This document shows positions 36,501-47,800 of a stretch of 64,000 bases of DNA, one piece after another. Source of the stretch: Patescibacteria group bacterium (GTDB taxonomy: Bacteria > Patescibacteriota > Microgenomatia > UBA8517); NCBI GenBank assembly GCA_041742135.1, contig JBGSJG010000004.1, positions 171,773-235,772 of the forward strand, in the 5' to 3' direction. The translations under genes were made by a program, and so were the position numbers. Each line of letters begins with the position of its first letter. Within the stretch, counting starts at the first letter, position 1. The notes beneath the pieces were generated by a model. The model did no database searches and was not told the origin of the DNA. It was given only the letters and a program-made list of their open reading frames with translations.

Positions 36501-38861
36501 GAACACTCCTGCATCATCGCCGATGGAGGCGGGGATTGTGCCTGTGGTTGTGCTAGCTGTTTCAACGCCATTTATGTATATTCTGGCAGTTTGCGAGGTG
36601 GAATCATAAACTCCGGCAACATGATAATAAGTGGAAACCGCGAGGTTGGCGGCGGAGGTTTCTTGATAATTTCCAGCTGAATCAAGCTCAAGCCTTATTT
36701 CGTCACCATTTTGGAACAATCTATAGGACTCATTAGCTCCGTCCCACTTGGCGATTATGTTGTACGACCCCGCTGAGACCGTTTCAGGGCGGATCCAGGC
36801 TGCTAGGGTGAGGCTTCCTGTGATTGATAGGGCTGAGTTGTCAGCTGCTGACAAGTACTCCGTATCTCCAAGTTCAAAATCCGCGGCGTTGTGAAATTTC
36901 CCGACCGCTGCGACAACACTGTCTGTAGCAGATTCTGTAAGCGTCGTAGCGTTTCCGGACGTGTCTAGTCGATCGGCGTCCGTCGCCTCATCCATCTTCC
37001 AATAACCCATCAGGTTCTTACTTAAAAATGAATAAGGGTCTGTGCCGAAAGCTGCAGATGCTCCTTCTGGGCTTTCTGAAATCATGTCTGAAGCAATTTC
37101 ATTAGCGGTTCTCTCACCAGAATATACTTTGAATTCATCAATGAGTCCATGATAGTTAGCACCAGAGCTGCCACCAATGGAAAGCGGATTTATATCTGTT
37201 GTAATGGGAGTTCCTGAGCCGTTTATACTTGTTCCTAGGACGCGCCCGTTAATGTAAACCGTAACTTCATCATCACCGTCGTCGGTGTAGGTGTAGGCAA
37301 CATGAGACCATTCGCCAATTCGAAGTCCGTCGGTAACTGTGACAGTAGCATCATCAGTGGTCAGGTCTAGGCTGACTTCTAAGTCGACATATCCATCAGC
37401 ATTGTTTGTAGTTCGCATGTATGTATTGCCTTTAGAAAATATCTGCCCAACACTAGATTCGCCATCGGATAGGGGTTTCACCCAACCCATAAAGGTATGC
37501 GCACCTGCCAGATCGTCAGCAAAGCTAATGCCTACATGGCTGCCAGCGGTTACTACATCGTCTGCGCCATCAAAGGAGAGGCAAAAATAATACTTACACT
37601 GAGTTGGGTCTGTGTGTGTAGCTCCAGAGATGGCTCCATCTGATCCTTCACCACTCCCGTCGTGAGCTGTTGAGCCCGCCTCTTCATTAAAAGGAAAATA
37701 TAGCTCAATGGCGTTAGTGACAGGTGAGGGGGCGGACTCTTCAGCGGTAATTGAGTAAAACCCGCTGGGAGAATTTTGATTATTATACTCAGCTGTAAGC
37801 CAATCTGAATTTCGATAAATTGAAGCCACTCTTGGCTCATCAATTATTGCGTCAACATAACTATCATTTGAGCCGGCATTCCTGCCAATATTCCAGCTGT
37901 AGGTGTTTTCTCTTAAATTACCTGTCTTGGGAGTTGAAGTAACTTGCGAACCATTTACAAAAAGGCGAATATTTGTGCCGTCGTAAGTGACGGTTGCATG
38001 GTACCAAGTAGACGTGGTCCAATTTGAGTCACCAACGAGCGTGGTTGTCCCCGATCCATCATCAGTCCCGGTTTTGATCCTTGTGCGAATGTCGAAGGAG
38101 CCATTATCAGTATACCCAAGCATTATAACGTGTCCTTGTTCTGCGCTACTGGTAGATTTTGAGATCACCCTGCCATCTACGCCGCCAGGGAAAGCGTTAA
38201 ACTGTACCCAAAATTGTGTGGTCATCTGATCTCCCGAGACACTCCAAGTGCCGATATCAACATAATCACTTTCTGAATCTTCAAAATCTCTTGCTTGTCC
38301 TACTTTACCTGCAATGTCCGCTGTGCCGCTATCTGTTCCATCCCTGCTGTTTATGGTGGAGTCCAGCACATCCCCGGAAAAGTGGTAAACAGCCTCGTAA
38401 TCTGCCCAAAGCGTGTCTGGATCTTCGGTGTTGCTTGCTCCAGAGTTACCATAATACATATAAATCTCTGTATTGTTGGCTGCCGATAATGTGGGAACCA
38501 GCACCCATGCAACCAGTGTACCCGAGCCACTTGTGTAGGATTCAATTTCATGCGCAAGCTGAATTCCTGTTGAATCTGTAAAAATAATATCATCGCCGCT
38601 TGCTAGAGCGTTAGCTTGAAGGTCGGAATCAACCAAACTCACAAGGGCAGGAAAGTTAGCCATGTCTGTGCTTCCAGGAACTTGGGATTCGTTTATTGTT
38701 ATTGTTTTTCGGTAGCCCCAGTCATAACTGAGCCACACGGCGTTTGTGGGATCTGGCTTGTAAAGGCGCAAAGCGACGATAGGCAGTAAAACCAAAATGA
38801 GGCCTAAGCCAATCCAAGTTCTTAGTCTGATTTTTTGCAATATTTTTTTAAGTTTTATCAT
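33561..38861 (-). CDS. Giant secreted/anchored protein (1766 aa): signal anchor, DUF2341-like domain, ~7 LamG/concanavalin-A-like modules. Paralog of 28579..33540.
   Basis: N-terminus is RLRTWIGLGLILVLLPIVALRLY plus WLSYDWGYRKTITINESQVPGS. Module ends are IDEPRVASIYRNSD, IDEFKVYSGERT, IDEARVYNRALS, IDDVRVYNYPRT, IDDVKIYSDDLT, IDEVIIYNYART and IDDVRVYKYALS. The start ATG (38861..38859) overlaps the stop TGA (38863..38861) of the upstream 4832-aa gene. Confidence 0.8.
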   Translation of the reverse strand: MIKLKKILQKIRLRTWIGLGLILVLLPIVALRLYKPDPTNAVWLSYDWGYRKTITINESQVPGSTDMANFPALVSLVDSDLQANALASGDDIIFTDSTGIQLAHEIESYTSGSGTLVAWVLVPTLSAANNTEIYMYYGNSGASNTEDPDTLWADYEAVYHFSGDVLDSTINSRDGTDSGTADIAGKVGQARDFEDSESDYVDIGTWSVSGDQMTTQFWVQFNAFPGGVDGRVISKSTSSAEQGHVIMLGYTDNGSFDIRTRIKTGTDDGSGTTTLVGDSNWTTSTWYHATVTYDGTNIRLFVNGSQVTSTPKTGNLRENTYSWNIGRNAGSNDSYVDAIIDEPRVASIYRNSDWLTAEYNNQNSPSGFYSITAEESAPSPVTNAIELYFPFNEEAGSTAHDGSGEGSDGAISGATHTDPTQCKYYFCLSFDGADDVVTAGSHVGISFADDLAGAHTFMGWVKPLSDGESSVGQIFSKGNTYMRTTNNADGYVDLEVSLDLTTDDATVTVTDGLRIGEWSHVAYTYTDDGDDEVTVYINGRVLGTSINGSGTPITTDINPLSIGGSSGANYHGLIDEFKVYSGERTANEIASDMISESPEGASAAFGTDPYSFLSKNLMGYWKMDEATDADRLDTSGNATTLTESATDSVVAAVGKFHNAADFELGDTEYLSAADNSALSITGSLTLAAWIRPETVSAGSYNIIAKWDGANESYRLFQNGDEIRLELDSAGNYQETSAANLAVSTYYHVAGVYDSTSQTARIYINGVETASTTTGTIPASIGDDAGVFHIGAEDSTGGATGYYDGYIDEARVYNRALSGSEIQRLYNWAPGPFAYYRLDKTSTTETIVDSSGNNNSGTGENFATTDWVQGKYGGALTFDGSDNAIDMYSTGFSDDFNGNSGTLAAWIKVRNANVWTDGSYRQIFHFVPSNVDRFEIAKSSVSNDLRFYFRTNSSDIVAYDYSTAETDWFHVALTWDNPNGHVIAYINGEQIFNNDGAWTAWVTPLLDEWTTIGAARSDAPTQAFNGYIDDVRVYNYPRTNGQIIEDMNGGHPLGGSPIGSQTIFWKFDEAQGATAYNDVDLGTDGTVANALWKSKANCKINGCLQFDGTGDVVTIATASDSNVDFDAGEAFSGSAWVYSTTLPASGDQDAIIAKWEHDGSTDQRAYRMFMDGDSTSSHFGIEIYDESANQVISAVASDNTAAVNTWYHVAFTFNGGAAGAAGDLKLYVNGNHVASNTANGSFLGIEGGTTADFTVGDYDSDDSQATNTGFTGFIDDVKIYSDDLTAPQILIDMNANSVSSFGSTALGESTQVVDGAGNPPVGKWSFDENKNYTCSGGSNDACDTSENSNDLIMTNGPTWDLGKYGSAIRFDGSNDYVSVNHNSVLSLGDNMTLEAWIKPDSVSIDDQLFLHKGSTGDWSARAYSLVLDQDEIYVSYLNGSGWQSFATSTANIAANTWSHIVYTRDGTTERIYVNGMISNQGTVTQLMSDNTLPFVIGSMPPSTAPSEKFDGAIDEVIIYNYARTPAQVAYDYNRGDPVGWWKMDECTGTTVYDSSGNAMTGTIEPGDATGSNDSVGTCAGSAGEMRADGASGKYNSSIEFDGTNDYINLGNQSLLRDFYQLTVSAWIYGTSLPSSDLDVVFYKDTSGFYLGVFDRKIRFRSSDLTSDSTTSSTTISNNQWHHIAATYDGTTVKLYLNGKLDGSEPATGTISENTLSSTIGAFGSSSQFFTGKIDDVRVYKYALSSSQIQKLVNENSGGRFGPVSGTP

Positions 38862-41800
38862 CAGTTCTTGTCGACTATGAACCAGTCAAATTCAACATCG
38901 TAGTTTTCTGGGAACTGGACGCTAACTGTAAAGCCAACACCTTCTTCTTTGGCTGTTACGGCCATTGGATAGGCGAGAGCAGCTTTTGGCGTAACTAAGA
39001 TCAGCGAACTTGCGTTTACCAGATCGCTTTCAATCTCAACTTCAGTCGTGCCTGAGAGCAGGATTCCTGTTCCAGCTGAAGCTCCAGCAACTTTATATTT
39101 CTCAGCAGTAACTGTCTGAGCTACTATGTTACCGTTTGTATCAAATGAGATCAGTCCACCCATGAACTCGATATTACCCAAGGCCAGAGGCTGGATCTTC
39201 AAAGCGCCAATTGCATCGATTGAATTATTCGCATTGTCAATTTGAATTGTTCCGATGTTAAGCTTGCCGTTTATAACTGTGTCTGATAATACTGCGTCTT
39301 CAAGTACCGTGAGCTGATTTACTGTCAGATCAGTAAACACTCCAGAGCTTGATGTTTCCTCACCCAGATCAAGCTGAGATTGGATCAAGCTCAGTGAGCT
39401 TTGCAGATCCAAAATTTGTTGATCATAGTTGGTTTGCGCAAACTGCGTTTGGTTTACATAGATTGGATTGACAAAAACTGTAACAGTTTCTTGTCCGCTA
39501 CCTGGGGTCCAGGCTTCCAAAGCTCGGCCGATTACCCAACCGCCGTCTACCTTCTTTGCCATTCCTGCGGTCGCGGCGGCTCCGACTAAGTCTCCGTTGG
39601 CGATAGCGGCAGAGGTGGGATCAACCTTAACAGGAACTCGGCCGGCGAGAGCTACTTGAGCATAAGGAATGCCTTCTTCAGCTTGGCCGAGGATTAATCC
39701 CGGGTCAGTTGAGACTATGCCAATCACCCTTTGGCCGTCTGACTCAAGCGCGCGCTGTACCTTGATTGGATCAGAGCCATCGATGCTTACAACTTCACCT
39801 GCTGCGATTTCTCCGTTTGCTGGGAACCACTCAGCCAAATCTGATCCTGTCTGGTCGCTATTGCTTTCCATAAAGTTGATCAAGTTCCAGACAGTTCCGT
39901 CATAAATCCAGACGAAGATGTCTCCGGCTGCGGCTGCAAGGTCGACGTTTCCACAGTTAATTGTGGCTTCGCTTCCTGCACAGTCAAAATCAAGATCAGT
40001 ATCGCTTGATTCGATTACAATAATTTGCCCCGCGGTGCCATCGTCAAAGGTGGTTACAAGCCTGTTTGTGCTATTGGCTGCTACAAAGTGTGAAGCGCCG
40101 CCAACTGATGGGGTGGTGCTGTCTTCCAAGGTTTCTTGAGCGCCAAGTGAGAAGCCGCCATCTGCGATTATCTTGCCTGTGCCGTAAGTTTTGAGTGTAA
40201 GGTTCTGGTTTTCAAAACTCTCGCCAGATTCAATTGTAAGTGGGCCATATGACTTGACTACGCTTGCTGTCTGGTTTGTAAATACCAAATCATAGGCCAT
40301 GGTCACATCTCCAGCGGCTGTAAATTGGTGGGGAAGTGCAGAAGTGATTTGTGTTTCGTTGACCGCAAACAAGGAAGAACCATTGTCTGTTATGTTAAAC
40401 AGATTGCCTACGTTTGAGCTTGCGCCGATATTGATTCTTAAAAGATCACCCGTTGCCGTTGCCGCGCCCGTGTATTCAATTAAGTTAAGATTACCGCTAA
40501 AGGCAGAAGCTCCAGACAAGCTTGAGCTAAACAGGCTACCTGTAGTCACTGCTGTGGAAGTGGATGTTAAGTTTATTCCTTTGCCTGCCGCGAGTCCATC
40601 AAAAGATAAATCAAATCCAGTTCCTGAAGTGATTGAATCGGCGACAAATGCAAACGATCCAGTTGTGCTGGCGCTAGATGTAAACGTCTGAGCCCCTGTG
40701 CCGGAAGTCAAGTTCAAAGCTGTTGCCCCATTGGCATTACCCAAATTAACTGTGCTGGCATCTTCGTCAACCAATAACCAATTATTTGTTCCATCCCAAA
40801 TTCTAAAGTCTCCTGTGTCTGTTCCACTGCCAATTTCAAAATCGATGTTTGCACTGACACCCGCGATCGTCAAAGCTCCGTTGGTTGAGTCAACATCTAT
40901 TGTTTCACCGGCCTCGTATGCTTGTTGCAAAGTTGGGGTAGTACCAGCTGCCAATAAGTCAACAGTTGTTGAGCCGTCTTTTCTAAAGTTTAAGTTCGTA
41001 CCATTAAACCAGAGGTCGCCAATTGCGGGGGATGAAACATTGACGGCACTTGAAGCGTTAAGTCTCAGCGAAGCAATTGCAGTTGTGTTGGCTCCAATAT
41101 CAAGCCATGTTCCAGACGGGCTTACGTCTGCAATTCCAACTCCACCAGATGTGTTAACGGTCAAGAATGGATTGGTTCCAATTGTTGTTCCATCACCAAT
41201 TTGGAACAAGTCATCATCATCTCCGCCTGCGTCTTCAATGACTGCCATCCAGAAGTCGGTATCAGTTGCGGTCAAGGTATCAAAGACAATTGCTGGGTCT
41301 GCACTGGAAACTACCAAGTTGCCTCCAATGTCTGCAACCAAATCTCCGGCATTGTAGGTCTTAAGTGTAAGGTCGTTACTTTCAAATGATTCTCCGGCCT
41401 CAAGAGTAATTGGCCCCAAGGAACTTATATTGGAAGCTGTTTGGTTGGCCATAATTATGTCGTAAGCAAAAGAGACATCTCCTGCGGAGGTGAACTGGTG
41501 GGGAAGAGCAGAGGTAATTTGGCTTTCTGATACAGAAAATAGCGTTGTGCCATTGTCTGTTATGTTTAAAAGGTTACCAATGTTCGAGCTTGCACCTAGA
41601 TTTATTCTCACAAGATCGCCTGTAGCGGTTGCTGCGCCGCTAAACTCAAACAAATTAAGGTTTCCACTAAATGCTGAAGCGCCTGACAAGCTTGAGCTAA
41701 ACAGGTTGCCTGTAGTCACAGCAGTTGAGGTGGATGTTAGGTTTATCCCTTTGCCTCCCGCGAGTGCATCAAATGACAAATCAAATCCAGTTCCGGAGCT

Positions 41801-44800
41801 GATTGAGTCGCCAACAAATGCAAATGCTCCAGTTGTTGCGGCGGATGACGTAAATGTTTGAGCCCCTGTGCCTGAGGTAAAGGCTAGCGCCGAAGCTCCT
41901 GTGTTGTTGCCTACTGTGATTGTTCTTGCAGCTGAGCCAGTGCCAATATTTATGGCTTGAGCAACTGCGTCGTTACCTATACTAATAGCTCCACCAGATG
42001 AGTTGATTTGAAGAGCACCGGTAGCATCGATATCTAAAGTTGTCGATGAGATTGCGCCTGTGTCTCCGCCGTCTCCGATTGTAAATACTCCATTTGCGTC
42101 AAGCGTTCCATCGACTGTTACATTGTCTGCTCCGGTTGCAGTGGTGAGCGTTGTTCCTGTTCGTGTCCAATATCCCACAGTCCCTGTGGCTGCACCAGTG
42201 ATGTTACCAGAACAAACTAAGTTTCCATTTGATTGGTCCAAGGTACAACCCGTATCTCCTGAGCCTCCAGCAAAAACTATGTTGCCAGCTCCACTTCCTG
42301 TCGGGCCAATGTTAAATGTGGTCGCAGCTCCGCCGAAGTTGATTTGGGTAGAGGCTGAGTTTAATAAATTGAATGTTGCCGGCCCGACGATTGTGTCCGC
42401 GGTTCCTACAAATGTTAAGTCTCCAGTTGCATTAAACTGCGCATAATTGGTGGCTCCGCCATCGCCAACAGATGTGACTCCAAGTAAGCCAATTGTGGAT
42501 GTGGCCAAACCTCCAATGTTAATATCATCTGCTGTTGATCCTCCTGTACCAATATTGATTGTGTCCGCGCCAGTTCCTGTACCAATATTGAAAGCACGGG
42601 TCAAAGCTCCGCCGGCTCCTAGATTTAGCGTTGTCGCTGCTGTCGTTCCCACCGATACCGTTGTTGCCGTGGTATATCCAAGCTGAAGTTCACCTGCGCC
42701 ATTGGTGTCTAGGCCAACCCCTGCAGCTACAGTAATGTTTCCCGTTGATGCAACATCAAAGTTATCAAAGTTAATAACAGCCGTGGTTCCAGCAATATTG
42801 TTTGCTCCAACATTTATTGCATTGAAAAATCCTGCATCAGATACATCAATTGCATCTGCTGTGGTATCAGTTGAAGCGGTGTTGAGTAGCAAGTAATCTG
42901 TAATTCCGTCGGCTGTAGTATCAAGATTGTCCAGCTGGAAGATAAAAGCAGAGTCAGTTCCTGTTGCGTCGGGATTGCTGAAGACGATTGAATCATCTGC
43001 AGCTGTAAATGCAATAGTTGTATTGCCGGTATCTGTGTCGTTGTTGTAAGCAGTTTGCAGTGTCACTGAGCTGGCACCAGTATCATCATCTCCACAAGTG
43101 ATGACTCCGTTTGCATCAGTTGTTAAAACACCGCCATTGGCGGAACCAGAGCAGTTAAGGGCTGCGCCACCATCATATAGTCGTATATCTCCAGACGCAT
43201 TTAAGATGATGTCGTCTTCGGCTCTTATGTCTACATCATTGCCATCCGCTACCTGTGAGGGGAGCGTATCACCTCCACCAAGAAGAAGATTCGCCGTGTC
43301 TGAATTTGCGAGAACACTTAGGTTTCCAGCTGTTGTTGACCATACACTGGCTGCATTTCCAGTTAAGGTTAACGCCTGTGAAGCATCACCTGCCACAACC
43401 AGTGCAGCGCCCGATGGGCCAGTGATGTTTCCACCTGAAACAACCAAATCTCCAGTTATTGAAAGATCACCAGCGTTGGAGTTGTCAGTCAATGTCAAAA
43501 GATCATTTCCTGCGGCATCTTCTAGCGTAAAGACTCCCGTGTCAGCTATGCCGATGCTTGTGGTTGTGTCATTAAAGAATAGATTTGAATCCCAGCCGCT
43601 TCCGATGTTGATTGCATTTTCAGTCGCTTGAGCGTCGCCGGTAATTGCTGCTATGTCAATTCCGTAGAATGCGTTACTTGTTCCAGCATGATCAGCATTG
43701 GTATAGTTTAGGTATAGTCCGCGGAAGGTGTCAGAGTTGTCAAAAGCCCCCAGTGTCCCTGAAAGCGTGGCTGCATTACTTGAGCCGGCGGCTGCGTTTA
43801 CATTTAACACTGAAAGGTTTCTGGAAGCAGCAATGCTTAATGTGGTGTCGTTGTCGGATAGTGCTGAATCAACAAGGTTTGATCCAGAACTGTCCCATCG
43901 TGGGAGGAAGTCTTCTGTTCCAGACCCTGAAACTCCACCACTACCAACAGTACACGTAACCACGTTATTTGATCCATCTACACATAGAGCGTTACCAGAT
44001 CCGCTGGTAAGGCCAGATATGTTTAGGTAAGAGCCGGAAGCGTTTGCTGTCACAAGTGTAATGTCCCCACCACCGGCAGGATCAAGAGAAATGTCGCCAG
44101 AAGTAGTAGTCGTCAGGGAGAGGTTGGCACCTGTTGAGTTTAATCCCAAAGCTCCGCTTGAGCTTAGTGAGTTTGCATCAAGAGTTGTGCTGTCCACTAG
44201 TAGAGATGCTAAGGTTCCAGCACCCGCACCAGTTATTGACCAGTTGGGATCAGTAAGCGCGAGATCTATGTTTGTCGCAAGACCGATATTTATAGTTTGA
44301 GTGACATTTGATGTTCCAATGTTTAAGGCAGAACCGGCTGTTCCGTTGATCGATATATCATCTGTGGCAGCCAATGTGATGTCACCGTTTGAAGCACCAC
44401 CGGCCGTGAGCGTGATTGAACCATCAGTGGTATCAACCGTGACGTTTCCTGCTGAGTTTATATCAATTCCGCCAGCGCTGGTGTTTAGCGACAATGCATC
44501 TGCTCCGGTTCCAGCCGAAGAGAGAATCAAGGATGAGTTGGTAGCTCCTGTTACTGAAATATCCAAATCATCAGCATCACCACTTGAAGCTTTAGTGATT
44601 AAGTCCCCTGTGCCCACGAAAGATACATCTCCAGTAGAGCTCACTTGGAACAAGTCCCCATTGCCTACGCTCAAAGCGGCGGCAGGCGAGGAATCTCCAA
44701 TACCAAAGTTCCCTGCGTGATACGACTGGCCACCTGCGGAGTAGATTGAGTGATAACTATCAGCTGGTCCTGCATTGGCGTTGATGTAAAGCCCATAGCC

Positions 44801-47800
44801 AGTAATAGTGCCTGCTCCACCACCGAATTGGGCATTTATGTGAACTCCGTAGCCGGTTATATTACTGCCAGTTGAATTTACCCCAGCTACAGAATCTGCA
44901 TAAAGGCCTTTGACTGTGGCAGTACCCGAGCTTGCGGTTCCAAGGTCATATGCTGAAGCATAAACTCCAAGCAAAGTCCTAGCTGAAGAAGAGGTGTTTA
45001 GGGCATAAGCATTAATAGCATTATTGTAATCTCCTCCAGAGGCTTGGGTGTAAATTCCATAATTATTTAATGCATTACCTCCAGCTGACTCAGTTGCTGA
45101 GTTGAGATAATAGCCGCCGTATGTCGCCAGGTTTCCTGCTGTTGTATCAAATGTGCCAGCATTTGTTACGTACAAATTCTTGAAGTCAGCCGTGGTTACA
45201 CCAGTATCAATATTATCAAGCTGAAGTACAAAGGCAGAGTCAGTTCCGGCAGATGCAGTTGGATTTCTAAATATTAATGAATCATCGTCTCCAGAGAGGG
45301 TGATAAGTGAGTCAGATCCATTAGCGTCATTGTCGTATGCGTTTTGTAGGGTAGAGGCGAGGGCGCCGTTACTTCCTGTTATTGTTCCGGAACAGTTTAG
45401 GTTCCCATTCGACTGATCGAGCGTACAGCCTGTGTCCCCAGATCCTCCTGCCAAAAGAATGTTTCCAGCTCCTGAACCTGTTGGACCAATATTAAATGTG
45501 GTGGCAGCACCACCGAGGTTCAATGTTGTAGCTGTTGTGTTTATCAAATTGAATGTGCTTTCGTCCGTTGCGAGTGTCCCGGCCCCTACGGTTATAGTAT
45601 TGTTTCCAAATATCAACTGCGGGTCTGTCCCGCTCACATCAAACGTCCAAGTATTACTCGCATTTGCGTTATCACTCCAGATAATATCGTCAAGCTCAGT
45701 GGCATTAAATGCTATATCGTCAGCATTTACTGTAATACCGACACCGTCGCCGACAGTTACTGTGCGGTCAACATCTGCTCCGACCAAGATATTGTCAGCA
45801 CCACCTGTGAGCCCAGCACCTGCAACTAAGTCACCCAAAAGGTTAACTGTGAAGTCAAGGTTTTCGTCTCCATCATCTCCGTTCGTAAGGTTTGTCAAGA
45901 CGTTTCCATCCGAGGAGGTGAATCTAAGAATATTTGAAGCTACGATCGCGTAAGTGTCAGTGTCGTCGTCAGCTACGCTCCAGCTTACATAATTGTCATA
46001 TGTTCCAGCGGCTTGGTAACCAGTACATACTGAACCAGTTGTACAAATTGTCCCGGTCTCGTTAGGGAGTGACCATGTCTTGTTGCTGCCAGTTAAATCA
46101 AGCGAGGTAAGTGTGCCTGTAAAACTTGCTGCACTAGTAGTTTGCGGTTTGATAGATATAGTATCGCTGTTCGCGGTAGTTGAGCTTAGACCAAATGTAC
46201 CATCAGCTTTTAATATGTTACTAATTCCAATGTCAGTGCTTGCTCCAGTTGCGGTCCAGGTAGGATTACCCAAAGCTGCTGCATTCGCAAGCGTCAACTC
46301 ATTAACAGCGGATCCAGTAGCAGTCAGGTTGATTAACTCGTTTCCGTTTGTATCTAAAATAGCCGTACCGATTCTTGGAGAGGTAAGAGTTTTGTTTGTT
46401 AATGTTTGCTGCTCGTCACGCCCTACCACTGTCCCGCTCGCTCCAGTGGCAGCTGGGAAAGTCCAAGTGTCACTATCTACACCTGCAAAAGTCAAAGAGT
46501 TATCAATATTTAGAGTTTTGCCGTTTGCAATATCTAGTGTTCCAGTTGAAGTCGTGATTGTAAGCCCTTCGTATGTAGCTCCTGTTATGGCTCCGGCGGA
46601 AGAGATCTCCCAGTCGCTTGAGAATATTGAAACCTCAGCTGAGTTGTCTCCAGTTGCCGCGTCCCCCAGAATCAACCCGTTTCCTGCAGCTGCTCCGAGT
46701 TGGATAGTGTCTGCGCCTTCGTCTACAAGGAGCCAATTAGTAGCTCCATCCCAAATTCTGAAGTCTCCTGTGTCTGTTCCCTCTCCAACCTCAAAATCTA
46801 CATTAGCTGTTTGAGCATCTATGTCGAGTGCTCCTTCTCCTGAGGTAATGTCGATAGTGTTTCCGGATGTATAGGCTTGCTGCAAAGTGGTGGAAGCGCC
46901 GGAAATGCTTGCCCAAGCTGACCCATCCCACACTTTTACAAGATTGGTATCAGATTCATAGGCTAGGTAGCCTTCGGCTGAGCCTCCAGGTCCTGTCGAG
47001 GATAGGGAAGTGCCGGTAGGAAGCTTAAGCCCATACGAGCTGGTGGACTCTGGGTCAATAGCAGACAAATCAAGAAGTGTATTGGCAGCGAGCGTAATGT
47101 TACTTCCTGAATAGATTCCGTTATCCCAGCCAGCGCCAATATTAAGTGCATTTTCTGTGGCCTCAGCGTCAGCTGTTATACCAGCTATGTCGATTCCGTA
47201 AAATGCGTTTGTGGATCCGGTATGATTTGCATTTGCGTAGTTCAGATACAACCCTCGGAAGGTATCTGAGTTATCGAAAGCTCCAAGTGTTCCCGAAAGT
47301 GTTACTGAGTTAGCGCTTGCTCCAGCTCCGTTTACTAGGCTAAATGTGTAAGCGCCTGTGCCTTCGTCGCCGTTATTCCTTAGGTAAATATCATCAATAG
47401 TTACGTCTCCGCTTGTCACGGTGAAATAGCTATCGTTGAAGCTGGCAACACCCTTTGTGCTGGTGGTTGCATCTACTCCTGCAATAGCCAAACTGTTTGC
47501 TCCTGCCGTAGTAGTAATGCCGTTTGAACCACTGAAATCAACAATGTAGCCTGTGGTTACGTTTTGGTTTGAGCCTGCATCTGCTTGGAGAACCCAGTTT
47601 TGGTAATTGTCCGAGGTTGGGATATCTGAGGTTAGTGCAATTGTTCCAGTGGTGTTGGGTAACGACCATGTTTTGTCAGAACCTGTTAGGTCAAGAGATG
47701 TAAGCGTGCCTGTGAAGCTTGCCGCTGCACTTGTTGTTTGTGGTTTGATAGCTATTGTATCTGTGTTGGCAGTGCTTGAGCTAAATGTTGCAGAGTTTGT

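Noticed and set aside
40145-41890. Diversity-generating retroelement (TR/VR pair) targeting the giant protein
   Set aside because: The two repeats are 576 bp, both lie inside the same ORF, and they differ at many positions in all four bases with no adenine-specific pattern. No reverse transcriptase gene is in the window. This is ordinary tandem module duplication.
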